In this document: positions 37,705 through 51,119 of the stretch, piece after piece
Position numbering within the stretch: the stretch's first letter is position 1
How the letters are laid out: each line of letters begins with the position of its first letter
Assembly: GCA_051294375.1 (NCBI GenBank)
Contig: CM119264.1
Span: 7,631,695-7,695,694 of the forward strand
Direction of reading: 5' to 3'
DNA from: Paraspadella gotoi
Taxonomy: Eukaryota; Animalia; Chaetognatha
Length of the DNA stretch: 64,000 bases
Notes under the pieces: generated by a model
Database searches by the model: none
What the model saw: the letters and a program-made list of their open reading frames with translations, nothing else
Told to the model about the DNA's origin: nothing
Program-made: the position numbers and the translations under genes

Positions 37705-40545
37705 GATCATAGAGCAGACATGATACTTAGGTAAAACGGAATTGAGGGAATATAAAGGGTAATAGAACAGAGGGAACTCTTGAAGGAAAAAAGAAGCGAG
37801 ATGCATAGATTAAGAGGAACGCAGAGGGGACTTATATAAAAGGATAATTATAGAATATGCGCTATCTAGTAAAATAGAACGCGTTGGAGTATAAAAGCAA
37901 ACATCGAAGATAAGGCGCAATCTTAATAGCGCACAAGAGTTTAAGAGATTAAAAAGAATAAATAATGGCAGAGAGGACGAGGAAAACGCACTCAATCAGA
38001 TGAAGAGGACATAGGAGAGAAATGAATAGGAGCAGCAGACTAACGTATGCATTAACGATACAAGGGAGAAAAGCGACACACAGCGAACAGGAAAAAGGGG
38101 ATAGGAAAATAAGGGAATCTGCAAGGCAACTGTGTACCGTAGGAGAATGGATACTAAATTAATTACTCCATCACTCCTGGATTTTCGCTATTCTCACGTA
38201 TTCTCACTCATGGCAAGCGAATCAGATATGAAAACTACACTAAAAGAGACTAATAGAGCGTAGACGCGGAAAACAAAATGACCGAGAAACGAGGACAATA
38301 CAATATTGGCATACGACTCGAGACCTAACGAGACCGAACAACAAATTCCATATCGGCCATCATCTTATCTTCCCTCCTTTTTTCATAGTGCACGCATTCA
38401 TGCTAATTCCTCTCTTCCGCTGCACTTAGACGAGTAACATTTCTATGCGCCGCCAATATAATCACCATTTATCCGAACCACACACATCTAACTTATAATC
38501 GAGGAGGACCTAAGCTACATCTGCTTTATAGGTCAACCAGTACATGATAACTTATCAATTGCACTCTGCATACGCAACCCAACGAATCATCAAAAAATGG
38601 AAGTATACCCAAAAGCCACTCTGGGAACAGGAGACAAAACAAGAAACCAAAAAAAATAAAATAGCAAATAAAGGACTATAACAAAAAATTTTAAACAGGC
38701 CCTCGTTCCCATTCTTCGGGATCCCTACCCACAAACAAAAAAACCAAATCAACGGGGCGGAAAACGCGGAGACAAGAAAACTGGACCCACCGCAAGCACG
38801 GGCCGTCGGGATCATCGAAAAAAAGATGGCCGGTCGATCAGGAGCAATCGCGTCCGGCCAGAACCATCTTTCGGTCAAAAATCGGGAAACCCTAACGGTT
38901 TCGCCGGTGCACCCCTTTAAGGTTATCGGGACACGCTTTCAATTTTTCCCGCTCCATCCATTCCTGTCTAATAATGTCAAAACCTGTTGGTTTTTCTCTC
39001 CTCCTCTGGCTTTCTCTGTCTCACTCTTTCACTCTCTCTCTCCTCTCCCTACTCCTCGTCGAATCCGCTCTTCTCTCGTCCTATCTCTCCTCATCGCTGA
39101 TCACTAGACTCTCTCCCTCATGTCACTCGTCATTTCTTCACCCTTCTGTCTTCCTTTCTATACCTATTAGCTGACTCTCTCTCTTCTTCTTTTTTTTACT
39201 CTCATCTCTCAGTCCTCATTCTTTTCTTTTTCTTTCTCCATTCTCCAGTCGCTTTCTCTCGCACGATTTGCCGTGCTTTTCTCATGTTCGGGCACCGTAG
39301 TAACAGGGAGGCTTTACAGAGGCGGTTGGCGAGCGTCTCAACTGGCGCCACCGTCAACTACCGTGAGGTTTAGGAATGAGGCTTATAGCTCCGCTACAGA
39401 GTCATTACTGCGCGAGGAGCGGCTACTTGAGCCTAATTGGGTATTCATAACTTTTAAATCGCGGCGGTAATGTGTCTAATCAGTTGGCAGACTTAGAACC
39501 ACTTATTGCTCTTTGGAGCAGATTGATGGGAACAACCGGAAAAAGCCAAAGTTCGAGCTCTAACACAGTGTTACGATTACTTTAATAGAACTACATAAAA
39601 TTTAATTCCATTTTTGATTCTTTTCTCTCCATGACTTTTATTTTAACTGACTATTTTGGGTGACTCTTCGTTGTCTACACGAATTATGTTTATATTGCTA
39701 AAATAGTTAAAATAGAAAATGAAAAGTAATGCAGTGGTAATTTCTGAGAGAGCGTATTTTCTCGTTTCTATGCTGTTTTTATCATTTTTATTTTAACAAT
39801 TTTATTTATTACCTTATATGTGGAGGGGAATGCAAGGCACCCACTCCGCCAATTGTTCTCGTTATGCGTGTCGTCATGCTCTACCGCTACGGGCCGTCGG
39901 GAGAAGGGACTCGGAGCCCAAGCTGGGCTTTGTTTTCTCTTACCTGCCTGACCCGAGGGTCTTTGTTTTCTTCCTGTTTTCGCGTTCTTCCCCTTATTCT
40001 CCCTGCTCCTCTTCATTTATTTCTTGTCTCCCTTCTTCCGTCTCCATCATTTTTCACCTGTATCTACATATCGTGTCATTGGTCGCTGTCGAGCGCGAAC
40101 CCAGCGCGTAACCACGCCGATGCGGTGACACGGGCGGGTGGTGCCGGAGTTTTGCTGCCCGGGGCGCGCCATCAGCGATTAGTCCCACCCGGTCGTGAGG
40201 AGCGGCTACAACGTTACATACCAACCTCTCAGCCCAGGGATATTCTCCGCGATAAACGAAGGCTAAAAATTAAAGTCTAAATTTTAAGCTTGTTCTTTTG
40301 TTTGGCCTGTTTTATTGAGCTCCTGACCCCTAGGCCGATAGAAATTAAACGCATAGAAAACAAATTAATAGCACGTTGATTCGTGCAAGCACTGCAAGGT
40401 GTAAAGGCCTTAAGTTCTTTGTCCATAATATAGCGTTTACCTCAAAACATTTTGGAAGGCTCGCGCGACGCGCAGAGCTGCGAGGCGTTCTTCCCAGCGA
40501 TCTTGCGGCATAGCACGCCCGCAAACGCTGACACGCATTTTTCGG
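37705..40545 (+). other. Insertion-rich direct duplicate of 35600-37679 (over-filled gap artefact)
   Basis: Starts right after a 25-N gap, is collinear with the preceding 2.1 kb, and is about 35% longer through scattered insertions. Confidence 0.9.
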
Positions 40546-42029
40546 TTGCGATGGAGTTCTGATTTCTGCCTCTTTCTCTCGGATGCGTAGCGTCGGAACA
40601 GAGCCTCATTAGGACAGGGACGAATCACCATCGGATTGGTAGAAAATGGACCATATCAAAAGACATGAGAGCATGGAGGAAGGACATAAAGAAAAAGAAC
40701 AGTTTTATGCTAAAATATGTGTAAATGAAATGAATGAGCAGAAGGAAATGCAAAAGATGACACAGAAGGAATTTAACTAAAGTGAGATTGAATGCCCTTG
40801 ATACGATACTGTTACAGCTGAAGAAAAGGACAACAATATTCTTATGGAGGCAAAGAATATCATCATGGCAAAATAACGACAGCATAAGGAGAAAAAGAAA
40901 GGGGACGAGGGAGGCTTGCTGATACTCGGAGTCACAGGGTTTAGCAATGAGAATCTCCATTTTTCCCAAATGTAGCGTATTTCGCCTTAAAAGAGGTCAA
41001 TTAGGCCCCTGGAGGTCCCAGGTTTTTACTCTGGAAGAATCCTTGACGATATATGTCCTCTATCTTTTGTCAGTCTGTCTGTCTGTTTATCCGTGCACAA
41101 TTTACATTTTTGAATACATGACAACTGACAAGTAATACGAGCTCTTTGCTTAGGATTGTTTAATTTCTGTATCTATCATTCATATTTATCTTAATTCTCT
41201 CTCTCTCTCTCTCTCTCNNNNNNNNNNNNNNNNNNNNNNNNNNNNNNNNNNNNNNNNNNNNNNNNNNNNNNNNNNNNNNNNNNNNNNNNNNNNNNNNNNN
41301 NNNNNNNNNNNNNNNNNNNNNTCTCTCTCTCTCTCTCTCTCTTGAGAGTGAGTTTCGTATTTCCGCCGCGCCCGTAGACTAAAGGGGAGAAAAACGCCGA
41401 TTAGTATGCAGAGCTGTATTTTCGGCCTAATTAAATTACGTCGCTTGGATGAGCTGGTTTCCAATATTTATGATATGCACAAGTACACATTTCATTTTAG
41501 CCGGAACCCTTAGGAGAAAGTAGAAAGGTAGTGAGAATAAGAGTGGGNNNNNNNNNNNNNNNNNNNNNNNNNNNNNNNNNNNNNNNNNNNNNNNNNNNNN
41601 NNNNNNNNNNNNNNNNNNNNNNNNNNNNNNNNNNNNNNNNNNNNNNNNNNNNNNNNNNNNNNNNNNNNNNNNNNNNNNNNNNNNNNNNNNNNNNNNNNNN
41701 NNNNNNNNNNNNNNNNNNNNNNNNNNNNNNNNNNNNNNNNNNNNNNNNNNNNNNNNNNNNNNNNNNNNNNNNNNAAGGAAGATGTGAAAAACCTGGAATG
41801 TAGGGCGAAACGATTAGCGCGGATTCTTCGTCCCCGATTCGCTGCGGGTTCGAGGCCCGACAGAAATCTGTCCGCTTGTCCGCGAATATGAATTATGAAA
41901 ATGAGAAAATGATATGTCGTTGATGTTGTGGTTTCGCTGGTGAGACGAACTTCGACCCTTAATCTGAACACAAACTTTAACCCATGCATTGCAAGTCGAA
42001 GCGAATCTACGTAACTAACGAAAATTTAA

Positions 42030-42330
42030 TAATAAGCAATTATCAGGAGATCTGGCATGATATCTTCACACATCTAATACGAAATTCTATAGAAACAGAT
42101 ATTTCGACTGATGCATGTAGACCTTCATGCATTCTTTGATTATTAAATTGGTACAAATTGTTAACTCGTATAAGCGCATGATAGGAGCGAGGAGAAATGT
42201 TTCCAACCTCTCAGCGATTCTCACTTCCAGCCCTGACTTATTGACGTATCGTTTATATCTCTCCGAAGAAAAAATCGAACCCGGAACCCTCTGGTCGCCA
42301 AGAGAACGACGAACGCTCTGCTCCACGAGG
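42030..42330 (-). mobile_element. tRNA-derived SINE-like element
   Basis: Minus-strand head CGTGGAGCAGAGCG (A-box-like) ... ACCAGAGGGTTCCGGGTTCGATT (B box) at tRNA-like spacing, unique body, short TTA tail. A second B-box-like head lies at 41847-41857 (+). Confidence 0.5.
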
Positions 42331-42631
42331 GAGAATTCAGGACGAAGGGAAAGAGAGCGAAATGAAAACTTGTTACAAACGAAGCGGAAATGAAGTGAAG
42401 GAACCGAATCGCCTCGCTGGAGTCGAAGAGGAGCAGAGGCGTCGCATACAAAGCGATCGGGGTAGCGGGAGGAGGAGTCATTGGCGTCGTCGTCGTTGTC
42501 GTCTTCGTCGTCGTCGTCGTTGGCGTCGGCGTCGTGGAGGAAATCGACGACCAGAGAATAAATGGATAAATCAAGGCTTTGGAGGAGAATGAGAGAATGA
42601 GAAGTAGAGAGAGGAGAGAAGAGAGAGAGAG

Positions 42632-42676
<45 letters not shown>

Positions 42677-42680
42677 GAGA

Positions 42681-42711
<31 letters not shown>

Positions 42712-42834
42712 TGGTTTCTGGACTGGCGTTCGTTAGATCTTGCGATTGAAACGCAGCGGGGAGAGAGAGCATGAGTTGAATCGTCAGGGAATGGGAAGTA
42801 GAGCGTGAAAAGTGTCTTTAGCTCAGCGAGGGAA

Positions 42835-43900
42835 TGGCCGAGAAGATTTTTAGAATCCGGTTTGCACGATCCATAGTAAACAATAGTGCAAAAAAAACAT
42901 GTACGTAAATTACATTACATTAGATTATACATATGATTATATTTAGAGTTATCCAAACAATTATCTTTGAAGTGGCTAAAAGAAGTCTGTAAGTAATATG
43001 CGAAAGATAAGGTAGGAAAAAAAAACTGAAAGTGATTAATGATGTGAAGATAAGTTATGGTGAAGGGGAACAAAATTTTCAAATACTCTGAATGAGAGAA
43101 GGATAGTAATAAACCGTGAAAGAAGGAATTGTGTGTAAAAGGAAGTATAAAGGCAATTTCGTTGATGTATGACAATTGAAAGGCAATTGCAGTCAAACTT
43201 TAAAGAGATAAGATAGCTCTAAAAAGAGATAAAATTGCGATGGGACTGTAAGAAGGTGAGTTGATAAAAGNNNNNNNNNNNNNNNNNNNNNNNNNCTTTA
43301 ATATTCTCCTCTATCTCTTCTACTCATCCTCTCTTCTCTCTCTCTCTCTTCCCTCTCCTTCTCTCTCTTCCCTCTCTCTTCCTCTCTCTCTCTCTCTTCT
43401 CTCTTCTCTCTCTCTCTCTCCGCGACATTTCCCGGTTCACACTTCTCTCATCTAGCCCCCCCCCCTCTTCCTTCCTTCCACAGCTACTTCCTTTTATCAA
43501 CTCACTTCTTGCCCTCGCCTATGCATTCTTCTGTTTTGAGCTATCTTCTCTCTTAAATTGACTGCAATGGCCTTTCATTGTCATACATCAACGAAAATTG
43601 CCTTTAATTATCTTTTACACACAATTCCTTCTTCACGGTTTATATCCTTCTCCATTCAGAGTATTTGAAAATTTTGTTCCCCTTCACCATACTTATCTTC
43701 ACATCATTACAACTTTCAGTTTTTTTCTCCCTTATCTTTCGCATATTACCTACAGACTTCTTTTAGCCACTTCAAAGAATCATGTTGGATAACTCTAAAT
43801 ATAATCATATGTATAATCTAATGTAATGTAATTTACGTACATGTTTTTGCCTATTGTTTACTATGGTCGTGCAAACCGATTCTAAAAATCTTTCGGTTCT
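42835..43900. other. Inverted duplication around the 25-N gap at 43271-43295 (artefact)
   Basis: 42835-43270 is the reverse complement of ~43490-43900 with small indels. Confidence 0.85.
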
Positions 43901-44824
43901 GGGTGGTGATTTCACTTATCCCCGCTTCCTGGCCGCTTGTGTTCTCTATGATCTGAGCCTTTACTTCTTTCTTCTTTTCCATTCTTTTTCTTTTCGATTT
44001 ACCAAAACACTTAACTTCATCCGCCCTCTTCCTTTCTGTCCGTCCAAGCAAAACCCACCCATCACTCACACTTCCTCCATTCCCCCGCCCTTCCTCCGAC
44101 CTCCTTCGCTGCCCTATACCCTCTTCGCCGTATTCCCACCAACCCCTCTCTCCTCGCTCCAATCTACATCCCTCCTCTCGTCCCTCCTCTCCTTTCTTAA
44201 CCCCCCTCACCTCCCCGCTCCTCTTCTCCACCCTCTTCACATTTCACACTCCCGTGCCCCACTTCCCCCACTGCTCCTCGCAACTCACCCCCGCCACACC
44301 TCATGCCGCGCAGTCTGACTCATCACACCATCTGCATCCAAACTGAGAGCTCTGCACCTTATTTCGTACCCACTGATTTCCCGCCGCCCTCTTCTTCTCT
44401 TCATGCTCTCTCTTCTGGGCTATTTACTTGAGGGTTTGCTATTTCCTTTACTTCCTTTATTCGGTCCTCCAGTTATATATACCGCTAAACAACTCTAACA
44501 TTCAAATCCCTTCTCCCCTTCTTTCTTATCTATTCTTCTCTCCTCAACACTCCTTTTTTTTCCGTAACGTCTCATTCCTTCTCTTTGCCCCTTTCTTTTT
44601 TCCTGCCATCCCTTTCTTCACCTCAGCACTCATGCCCCATTCCCGTCTGACCATCCCGACTTCACCTTCTCCCTGTTCGGGTTCTTTCTCTCCCTTCTCT
44701 TCTTTTCCTTCTCTTCTTTCCCTTTCTCTTTCTTCTTCCCTGCTTACTTCCCTTCCTACCTCTCGGGTTTTTATCTCTCTTCAGATCCTTTCAAATTTCC
44801 CCTAACGGGCGTATCCCCTTACCT

Positions 44825-45515
44825 TTAACTGCCCTGACTTGACCTATTTGTTTTCTTCCCTTCTCCCCCCCCCTCCTCTCTTGCCTTCTCTCTTCCTCTC
44901 CTTTTTTTTCTTCTTCCCTCCTCCTCTCCTTTTTCTCCCTTCTCCTCCCTCACCCTCCTCCTCCTTCTCTCTCTCTTTCCCCCTCTTCCCCTTCTCTCTC
45001 TCTTCTCTCTCTCTCCTCCCTCCTCCTCTCCTTCATCCCTCCTCCCTTCTTCCCTCCTCCCCTCTTCCTTTCCCGCTTCCCCCGCTCCTCTCTCTGCCTC
45101 CCCCTCTTCTCTCTCTCTCCTTCCCTCTCCCTCTCCCCTCCTCTTCCTCTCTCCCCTCCCCTTTTTTTCCTCCCCCCTCCTCTCCCTCTCTCCTCCTGCC
45201 CTCCTCCTCCTCTTCCTCTCTCCTCTCTCCCCCTCTTCCCCCTTCCCCGGTCCCCCCCCCCCTCCTCTCCCTTCCCCCCCCCCTCCTTCCCCCCTCCCTT
45301 CTCCCCCCTCCCCCCCCCCTTCCCCCCTCCCCCCTCCCCCTCCCCTCTCCGCCCTCCTTTTTTCCCCCTCTCCCTTCTCCCCTCTCTCCACTTCTCCCTC
45401 CCCCCCTCCCCTCCCCTCCCCCACCCCCCCCCTTCCTCTCCCCCCCCCCCCCCCTCCCCCTCTCTCCCCTCCCCCCGCCCCTCCTCTTCCCCATCCCCCC
45501 CCCCCTCCCCCCCTT
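44825..45515. repeat. Aperiodic C/T-only tract, probable low-quality read segment
   Basis: About 700 nt almost lacking A and G, with no stable period. Confidence 0.75.
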
Positions 45516-45659
45516 CAAACTACACGGCAGCTGCCCCACACGCCGTGTGTATACCCCAGCACACAGTGCATGAAGGTACGAGGAGGCCAGGTCAGCAGGC
45601 AGCGCACGACCCCCACATATCAACGGACGCCGCCAACGGAGAACCCTCACACAAATATA

Positions 45660-46179
45660 GGGGAGGATTGCCGACTGAGGAAATCTTAATTCAGTGGAGA
45701 CATCGATGAATGTAGTTGGGAATCGCGACGGCGAACGTTTTTATTTTTAAAAAAGGATTTTTAATTCTTTTAAAAAAATGAATGTAAAGGAGAATGTTTT
45801 ACATTAGAAGAGTTTAAATGGAGAAACGTTTTTTAAGAAAGATATTACGTTTTGAGTAAAACGGGACAGCGTCCAAGTGGAACTGGCGTTGGCTTTTCTT
45901 TTTTAAAGGGTTTATTTTTCTTGGTCCAAAATATTCCGTTGACGTTAAAAATCATATTAATCTGTTTACTCTCTCTTCTCTTCTCTGCTCCTCTCTTCAT
46001 CTCTCTCTTCTCACTCTCTCTCTCTCTCATCTCTCTCTCTCTCTGCTCTTCTTTTCTCTTCTTCTCTCTCTCTCTCTTCGTTTTTTCTCCCCTGAATACG
46101 AATGGGATGTCTATTTCTTTATTACTCTGTTATTGTGACGGAGATTGCCTGGAGAGAATGTAAAGACAGCAGCGAGAGA

Positions 46180-46227
<48 letters not shown>

Positions 46228-47005
46228 ACACGCGCAACCTGAGCGCTACTGTACCAGAAGACGTCGCGTAATATCGTTGGACGTCTAAATCTTACAATAA
46301 TGATTGGGGCAATTCCTCTTGGCGTCTTTCCGCGGGGGGAAAAGAATGGCGGATGATGACAATAAAGAGAGAGGATAAGAAGAGAGAGAGAGAGAGGGAG
46401 AGGGAGTAGAGGAGGTAGAGAGAGAGAGAGAGTGGAGAGGAGAGAGAGAAGAGGAGAGAGAAGAAAGAGAGAAAAGAGAGACAAACTCATAGAATAGGAC
46501 ACGAAACAAAGGGATAGAAGGAAAAACTACTTTGATCGAATTCAACTCCAATTGCGGTGAATTTTTTTTATTTTCATTCAGTTTCATTCACTCAGTTTTT
46601 TGCTTCACTAGTCATATTCTTCATTATCTTCACAAAGAGTTATCATGATCGATGGCAGTATATCAGTCGGCGATGACGTAGATGACAGTGGGTAGGCCGA
46701 CAGACAAGACAGACTGACATTTAGATGGATAGACAAACAGGCAGTATAATGTACGAAAATTTTAGACAGACCTTTTCGACAAAAAAAAGGCATGAAATTC
46801 ATAAAAAAAAACATAAAAAAAGAAAAAAGCCGGCGAAACGTTTTTTACTCCCGCAACTGACGCAGAGTCCGCGAAACTTGTCTAAACGCGATTGAATTTT
46901 TCATTCTCGAGGAATCTGTTTATGGTTTCTCCTTTCTTGTTACCGTTTAATGTTTTTTTTTTTTTGTTTTCCCCGCGGGAGAAAAAAAATGAGGAGGACT
47001 CCAGC
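45660..47005 (+). repeat. 1.3-kb direct duplicate of 55272-56552
   Basis: Collinear from GGGGAGGAT..CCGACTGAGG to GAGGAGGACTCCAGCG; differences are mostly 1-3-nt indels. Confidence 0.9.
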
Positions 47006-48358
47006 GGTCGACCTAATGAAAAGAGAGAACAGGTGGCTTTCACCAGATGCCAAAGGGGACTCGTGGACAGGTGCATGAAAGATGAGCGAAACGAAACGAA
47101 ACGAAAGAAGATGCAGGAGTATGGTTAGGAGTATGGATAGGGTCATATTTGGCGGGGGGGTGTGGGTTTTGAACTGTCGCAGTTTGGGCTTTTCGACGAA
47201 AAGGACCGAATGAAAAAAAGATGTTTGGAACTGAGGATATTGAAAATCCAATTCGTTCTCAAGATCTCCAAGGATTTAAAATACCGTTTTTAATAGTCTA
47301 ACTTCCTTTACAAGGAATTACAAAAAACGTAAACAGATGGCGGGGAAAGGTAGTCAATTTATACGACTAAATTACAATGAACTTCTCTTTTTTTTTGAGC
47401 TGTAAAGAAAGTTAACTAACGGAGACAAATGGCCGATAATAAACTCGGCCGACTGAGTTGAAGTCTTTCAACTCGAGCGACGATAAAAATAAAACAAACT
47501 GCGAAAGCGATTTGCTCCCGCGTTCGTCGCACTATGAGAAACCCATATTTCATTCTTGTTTTTCACCGCGTGAAGGGACGCCTATTCAGTGAATTCAAGG
47601 GAGAAAGTGAGCCGAGTTTTTCGTAGGCAGTTTTAACTTTTAAAGAAAAATAGAGGAAATAAAGTCAGTTTACAAAAAAGAATTTAAATATAGAGAAATG
47701 GCTTAAAACCTTCAGGTTTGCATGGATGATTAAAATAAAAAGTTAAAAACTTTCAATACACTGTGATCAGAATCGGTAAAAGGATTTTAAACAATATTTT
47801 AAGGTTGGTTGGGTTGAATTAGACTATATACAAAAAAACTGATAAAGCTCATCACACACACGGCCAAAGCAAGGACGACTTGTCTGATGAAACGAATGAA
47901 ATGAATGAGATTCGTTGGGGAATCGAATTTAGATTTGCATTTTGTCGAGTTTTCAAGGATTTTTAAAGAAAGAAAGAGAGAGAGAGAGAGAGAAAGCGAG
48001 AGAGAGAGAGAGAGAGAGAGAGAGGTTAATACAATTATTCTATCAGAGGGTAAACAAAGTACGAGCTCACACACAAGAGTTGAACCTGAAAGAAGAAAAA
48101 TTACGCGAAAGGAAAAAGGCGGAAAATAGCAGCCATAAAAGGAGAAAAAGCGTCAGACGAGTTCAACGCTCTCGAAGATAACGACGCAGGAAGAAATATT
48201 GATTATTGATGAGAGGGAGAGAGAGAGAGACAGATAGAGAGAGAAAGTGAAAGAGAGAGAATGTGTGTGTTTCTAAACGCCTCGTTTGAATGAAAAAGTT
48301 TTTTAGTGAGGTTATTAAGATTTATTTTTACGATTATAACAGTAGAATAGAGAAAAGA

Positions 48359-48419
<61 letters not shown>

Positions 48420-48540
48420 TCGAAATGCCGAAATCCGTGGCGTGGTTTATTCTTTCATAGTTTCTTCTCTTGGCGCAAAACGCGGGAATAATTTTCATCC
48501 GAAGAATCCCGGATGTAGCCCCGTATGTGGGAGGAAGTCA

Positions 48541-48630
48541 ATGGCGAGGATCGCGATTTCTTTTTTTAGTCCAGCGCGGGTTGTCGTCGTTTTTGTTCTT
48601 ATCGTCGTCGCTTTCCTCGTCCCGGGTCAG
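48541..48630 (+). CDS. Candidate first exon encoding a signal peptide
   Basis: MARIAISFFSPARVVVVFVLIVVAFLVPGQ ending at CAG|GTGAGA in a CpG-rich patch; downstream exons not identified. Confidence 0.35.
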
Positions 48631-48647
48631 GTGAGAGCCAAGGCTGG

Positions 48648-48690
48648 TTGCTAGGGTTGCTAAGGGACGTTGCTAGGGAGTCGTGGCAAC
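48648..48690. promoter_or_regulatory. Cluster of RFX half-sites / X-box-like motifs
   Basis: GTTGCTAGGG, GTTGCTAAGGGAC, GTTGCTAGGGAG and GTCGTGGCAAC within 43 bp. Confidence 0.4.
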
Positions 48691-48837
48691 CGGGAAGCGG
48701 AGCCGCGCGCGCGCAGTGCACCCGTGCCGGCAAGGCTTTTCGGCGTCGTCGTCGCGCGGCGCCGGCGGGCGGGCTGCGTCGAGGGCTGCGTCGTTCGCGG
48801 CGGCGGAAACGGCGTCTGCGTCCTCGGTCGCGGCGAA

Positions 48838-48960
<123 letters not shown>

Positions 48961-49789
48961 GAGGGGGGGGGAATTTTTTTTTTTTCGCCCGCGGCTTCGC
49001 CTCCAGAATTCCTATTACTGGAAGAATAAGAAGGCGAAAAAACAGTAGAGGCGTTTGAAAAGACGCGTTTTGGCGCGCGGCGACGGAGCTCAGTGGCGCG
49101 CAGCGGCGCCTAACGGCGCGCAGCGGCGCTCACTTAAACGCAGCTCGTCGCGGGCAGGCGAAATCTGCGGTCGGTCGAAAAACAAAGCCCACTGGAGGGG
49201 GGNNNNNNNNNNNNNNNNNNNNNNNNNNNNNNNNNNNNNNNNNNNNNNNNNNNNNNNNNNNNNNNNNNNNNNNNNNNNNNNNNNNNNNNNNNNNNNNNNN
49301 NNNNNNNNNNNNNNNNNNNNNNNNNNNNNNNNNNNNNNNNNNNNNNNNNNNNNNNNNNNNNNNNNNNNNNNNNNNNNNNNNNNNNNNNNNNNNNNNNNNN
49401 NNNNNNNNNNNNNAAAAAAATTAATATTATCTCTTTTGAGATTGTCAAGTCATTCTGTGAAAAGGTTTCTCTAAAAATATTATCATTAATTTTTAATAAA
49501 CAATAAAGTTTTCTTTTGATATTTCACCCTGCACGAAATATAAGAACCAATAAAACCTCTACATAATATTAAGAAAACAATGAAAAAAATATCAGCGTTC
49601 GTCAGATTTTAAATAATTGCTTCAAACTGTATTGTTTATACGGCGCCTTGGCTTTCGTCAGGTATTTTTTTTTCTTGCACCGACATTTCTCGCTTTAAAA
49701 AATAAAAAATTAATATGGATGGAAAACAAATGATAATCAGCCAATTAATTTAACCTTTGGGAATTTCAATTTCGAATGATTTTTCGTTG

Positions 49790-51065
49790 GTTCTGCTTAC
49801 AGCAGATCTCGGCTCTATAATTCACTTTGTCCGTCCGTCGGTCCACCCCCACAATCTTGTCAGAATCATCTCACAATATCGAATTATGATAAATTATGCA
49901 AAAAAAATTGAGATCCGTCCGCCGGCCGTCCATCCGTATGTGGGTAAGAAACTGTGCGATTGAGCTGGAAATCAAGTTTTGATGGAATCAACTAAGTGGA
50001 AATGAGATTATTTTTTATTAAAGCAAGTTGCAATAATTATTCAAACAATAAAAAAAAATTTAATCAATTAATTTATAAATCAACCAATTAATTATTCAAT
50101 TAATTTATGAATCAACTAATCAATTCATTTATTTATCAATCAATTATTAAAATAACTAATTAATTAATTAATCAATCAATCAAACAATGTTAGAATTATC
50201 ATTGTCGTCGTCGCCATCATCATCGTTCTTTCTTTTGTCGTGATCAGTGACCTGACAAAAATATTTAAAAACAAACAGGTTTGTAATGTTTGTTAACTCA
50301 ATGGCTGATATGAATTTTATTTAATTTAATAACTAGTTAATTAATCAATCAATCATTTAATTAATCTTGACGGTGTTATGGTCGTCGTCGTCATCATCAT
50401 CATCATGGTCTTCGTTTCTTTTGTAATAACGAAAAGACAAAAAGACTTAAAAACAAACACGTTTTATCAAACAATCCCGGAACTGATCAGTTACTTAATT
50501 ATTCAATCAATTAATCAATTATTCAATCAATCAATAAAAAAATCAATCAATCAGTCAATTAGTTATCATCGGTGTTATCATTTTCGTGGTCGCCATCATT
50601 AATTATTTAATTTAATCATTCAATTAAATAATTTATTAATTATAAATTAAAAAATTTACTATTTCATTATGCTTTTTTATAATGCTCGATTTTTTTTCTC
50701 ATATTATAAAATTATGATATAAGTTATGTTATAAACTAAATTTAACGCTAATGAAGACTTAAATGCAAGCCGAAACATGTCCGTTTTTCTTCTGAAAAAT
50801 AAAAATCGTTGTCGAAATTAATTTTCAAACTCTGATTTTATTCCTTTAATTAATTAATATGTAATCAATTAAATAATTTATTATTTTTCAATTAATTAAT
50901 TAATTAATAATTTTCAAACTCTGATTTTATTCCTTTAATTAATTAATATGTAATCAATTAAATAATTTATTATTTTTTAATTAATTATTTACATATTAAT
51001 TAATTAACTAATTAATTACCGCTAATGATCGTGGGCAGATCCGACATTGTTTGCTCAAACTTGTT
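49790..51065 (+). mobile_element. Possible second Helentron/DINE-1-like family member with internal tandem arrays
   Basis: GCAGATC near both ends, CTCTATAA followed by (GTCC)n, internal ~180-bp x3 and 89-bp x2 repeats, terminus ...ACTTGTT. A similar 5' end lies on the minus strand at ~60475-60535. Confidence 0.35.
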
Positions 51066-51119
51066 TTTTTTTAGTATCATTATCTGTTCTTGTGAAAAAA
51101 AGAAGCGAAAGCCTCTTAC

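Noticed and set aside
42816-42830. TTTAGCTCAGCG vault-RNA-like A box
   Set aside because: No B box or terminator; lies in noisy fold-back sequence.
44839-45650. Extensin-like Pro-rich and Gly/Arg-rich ORFs
   Set aside because: Aperiodic C/T tract typical of a failed read segment.
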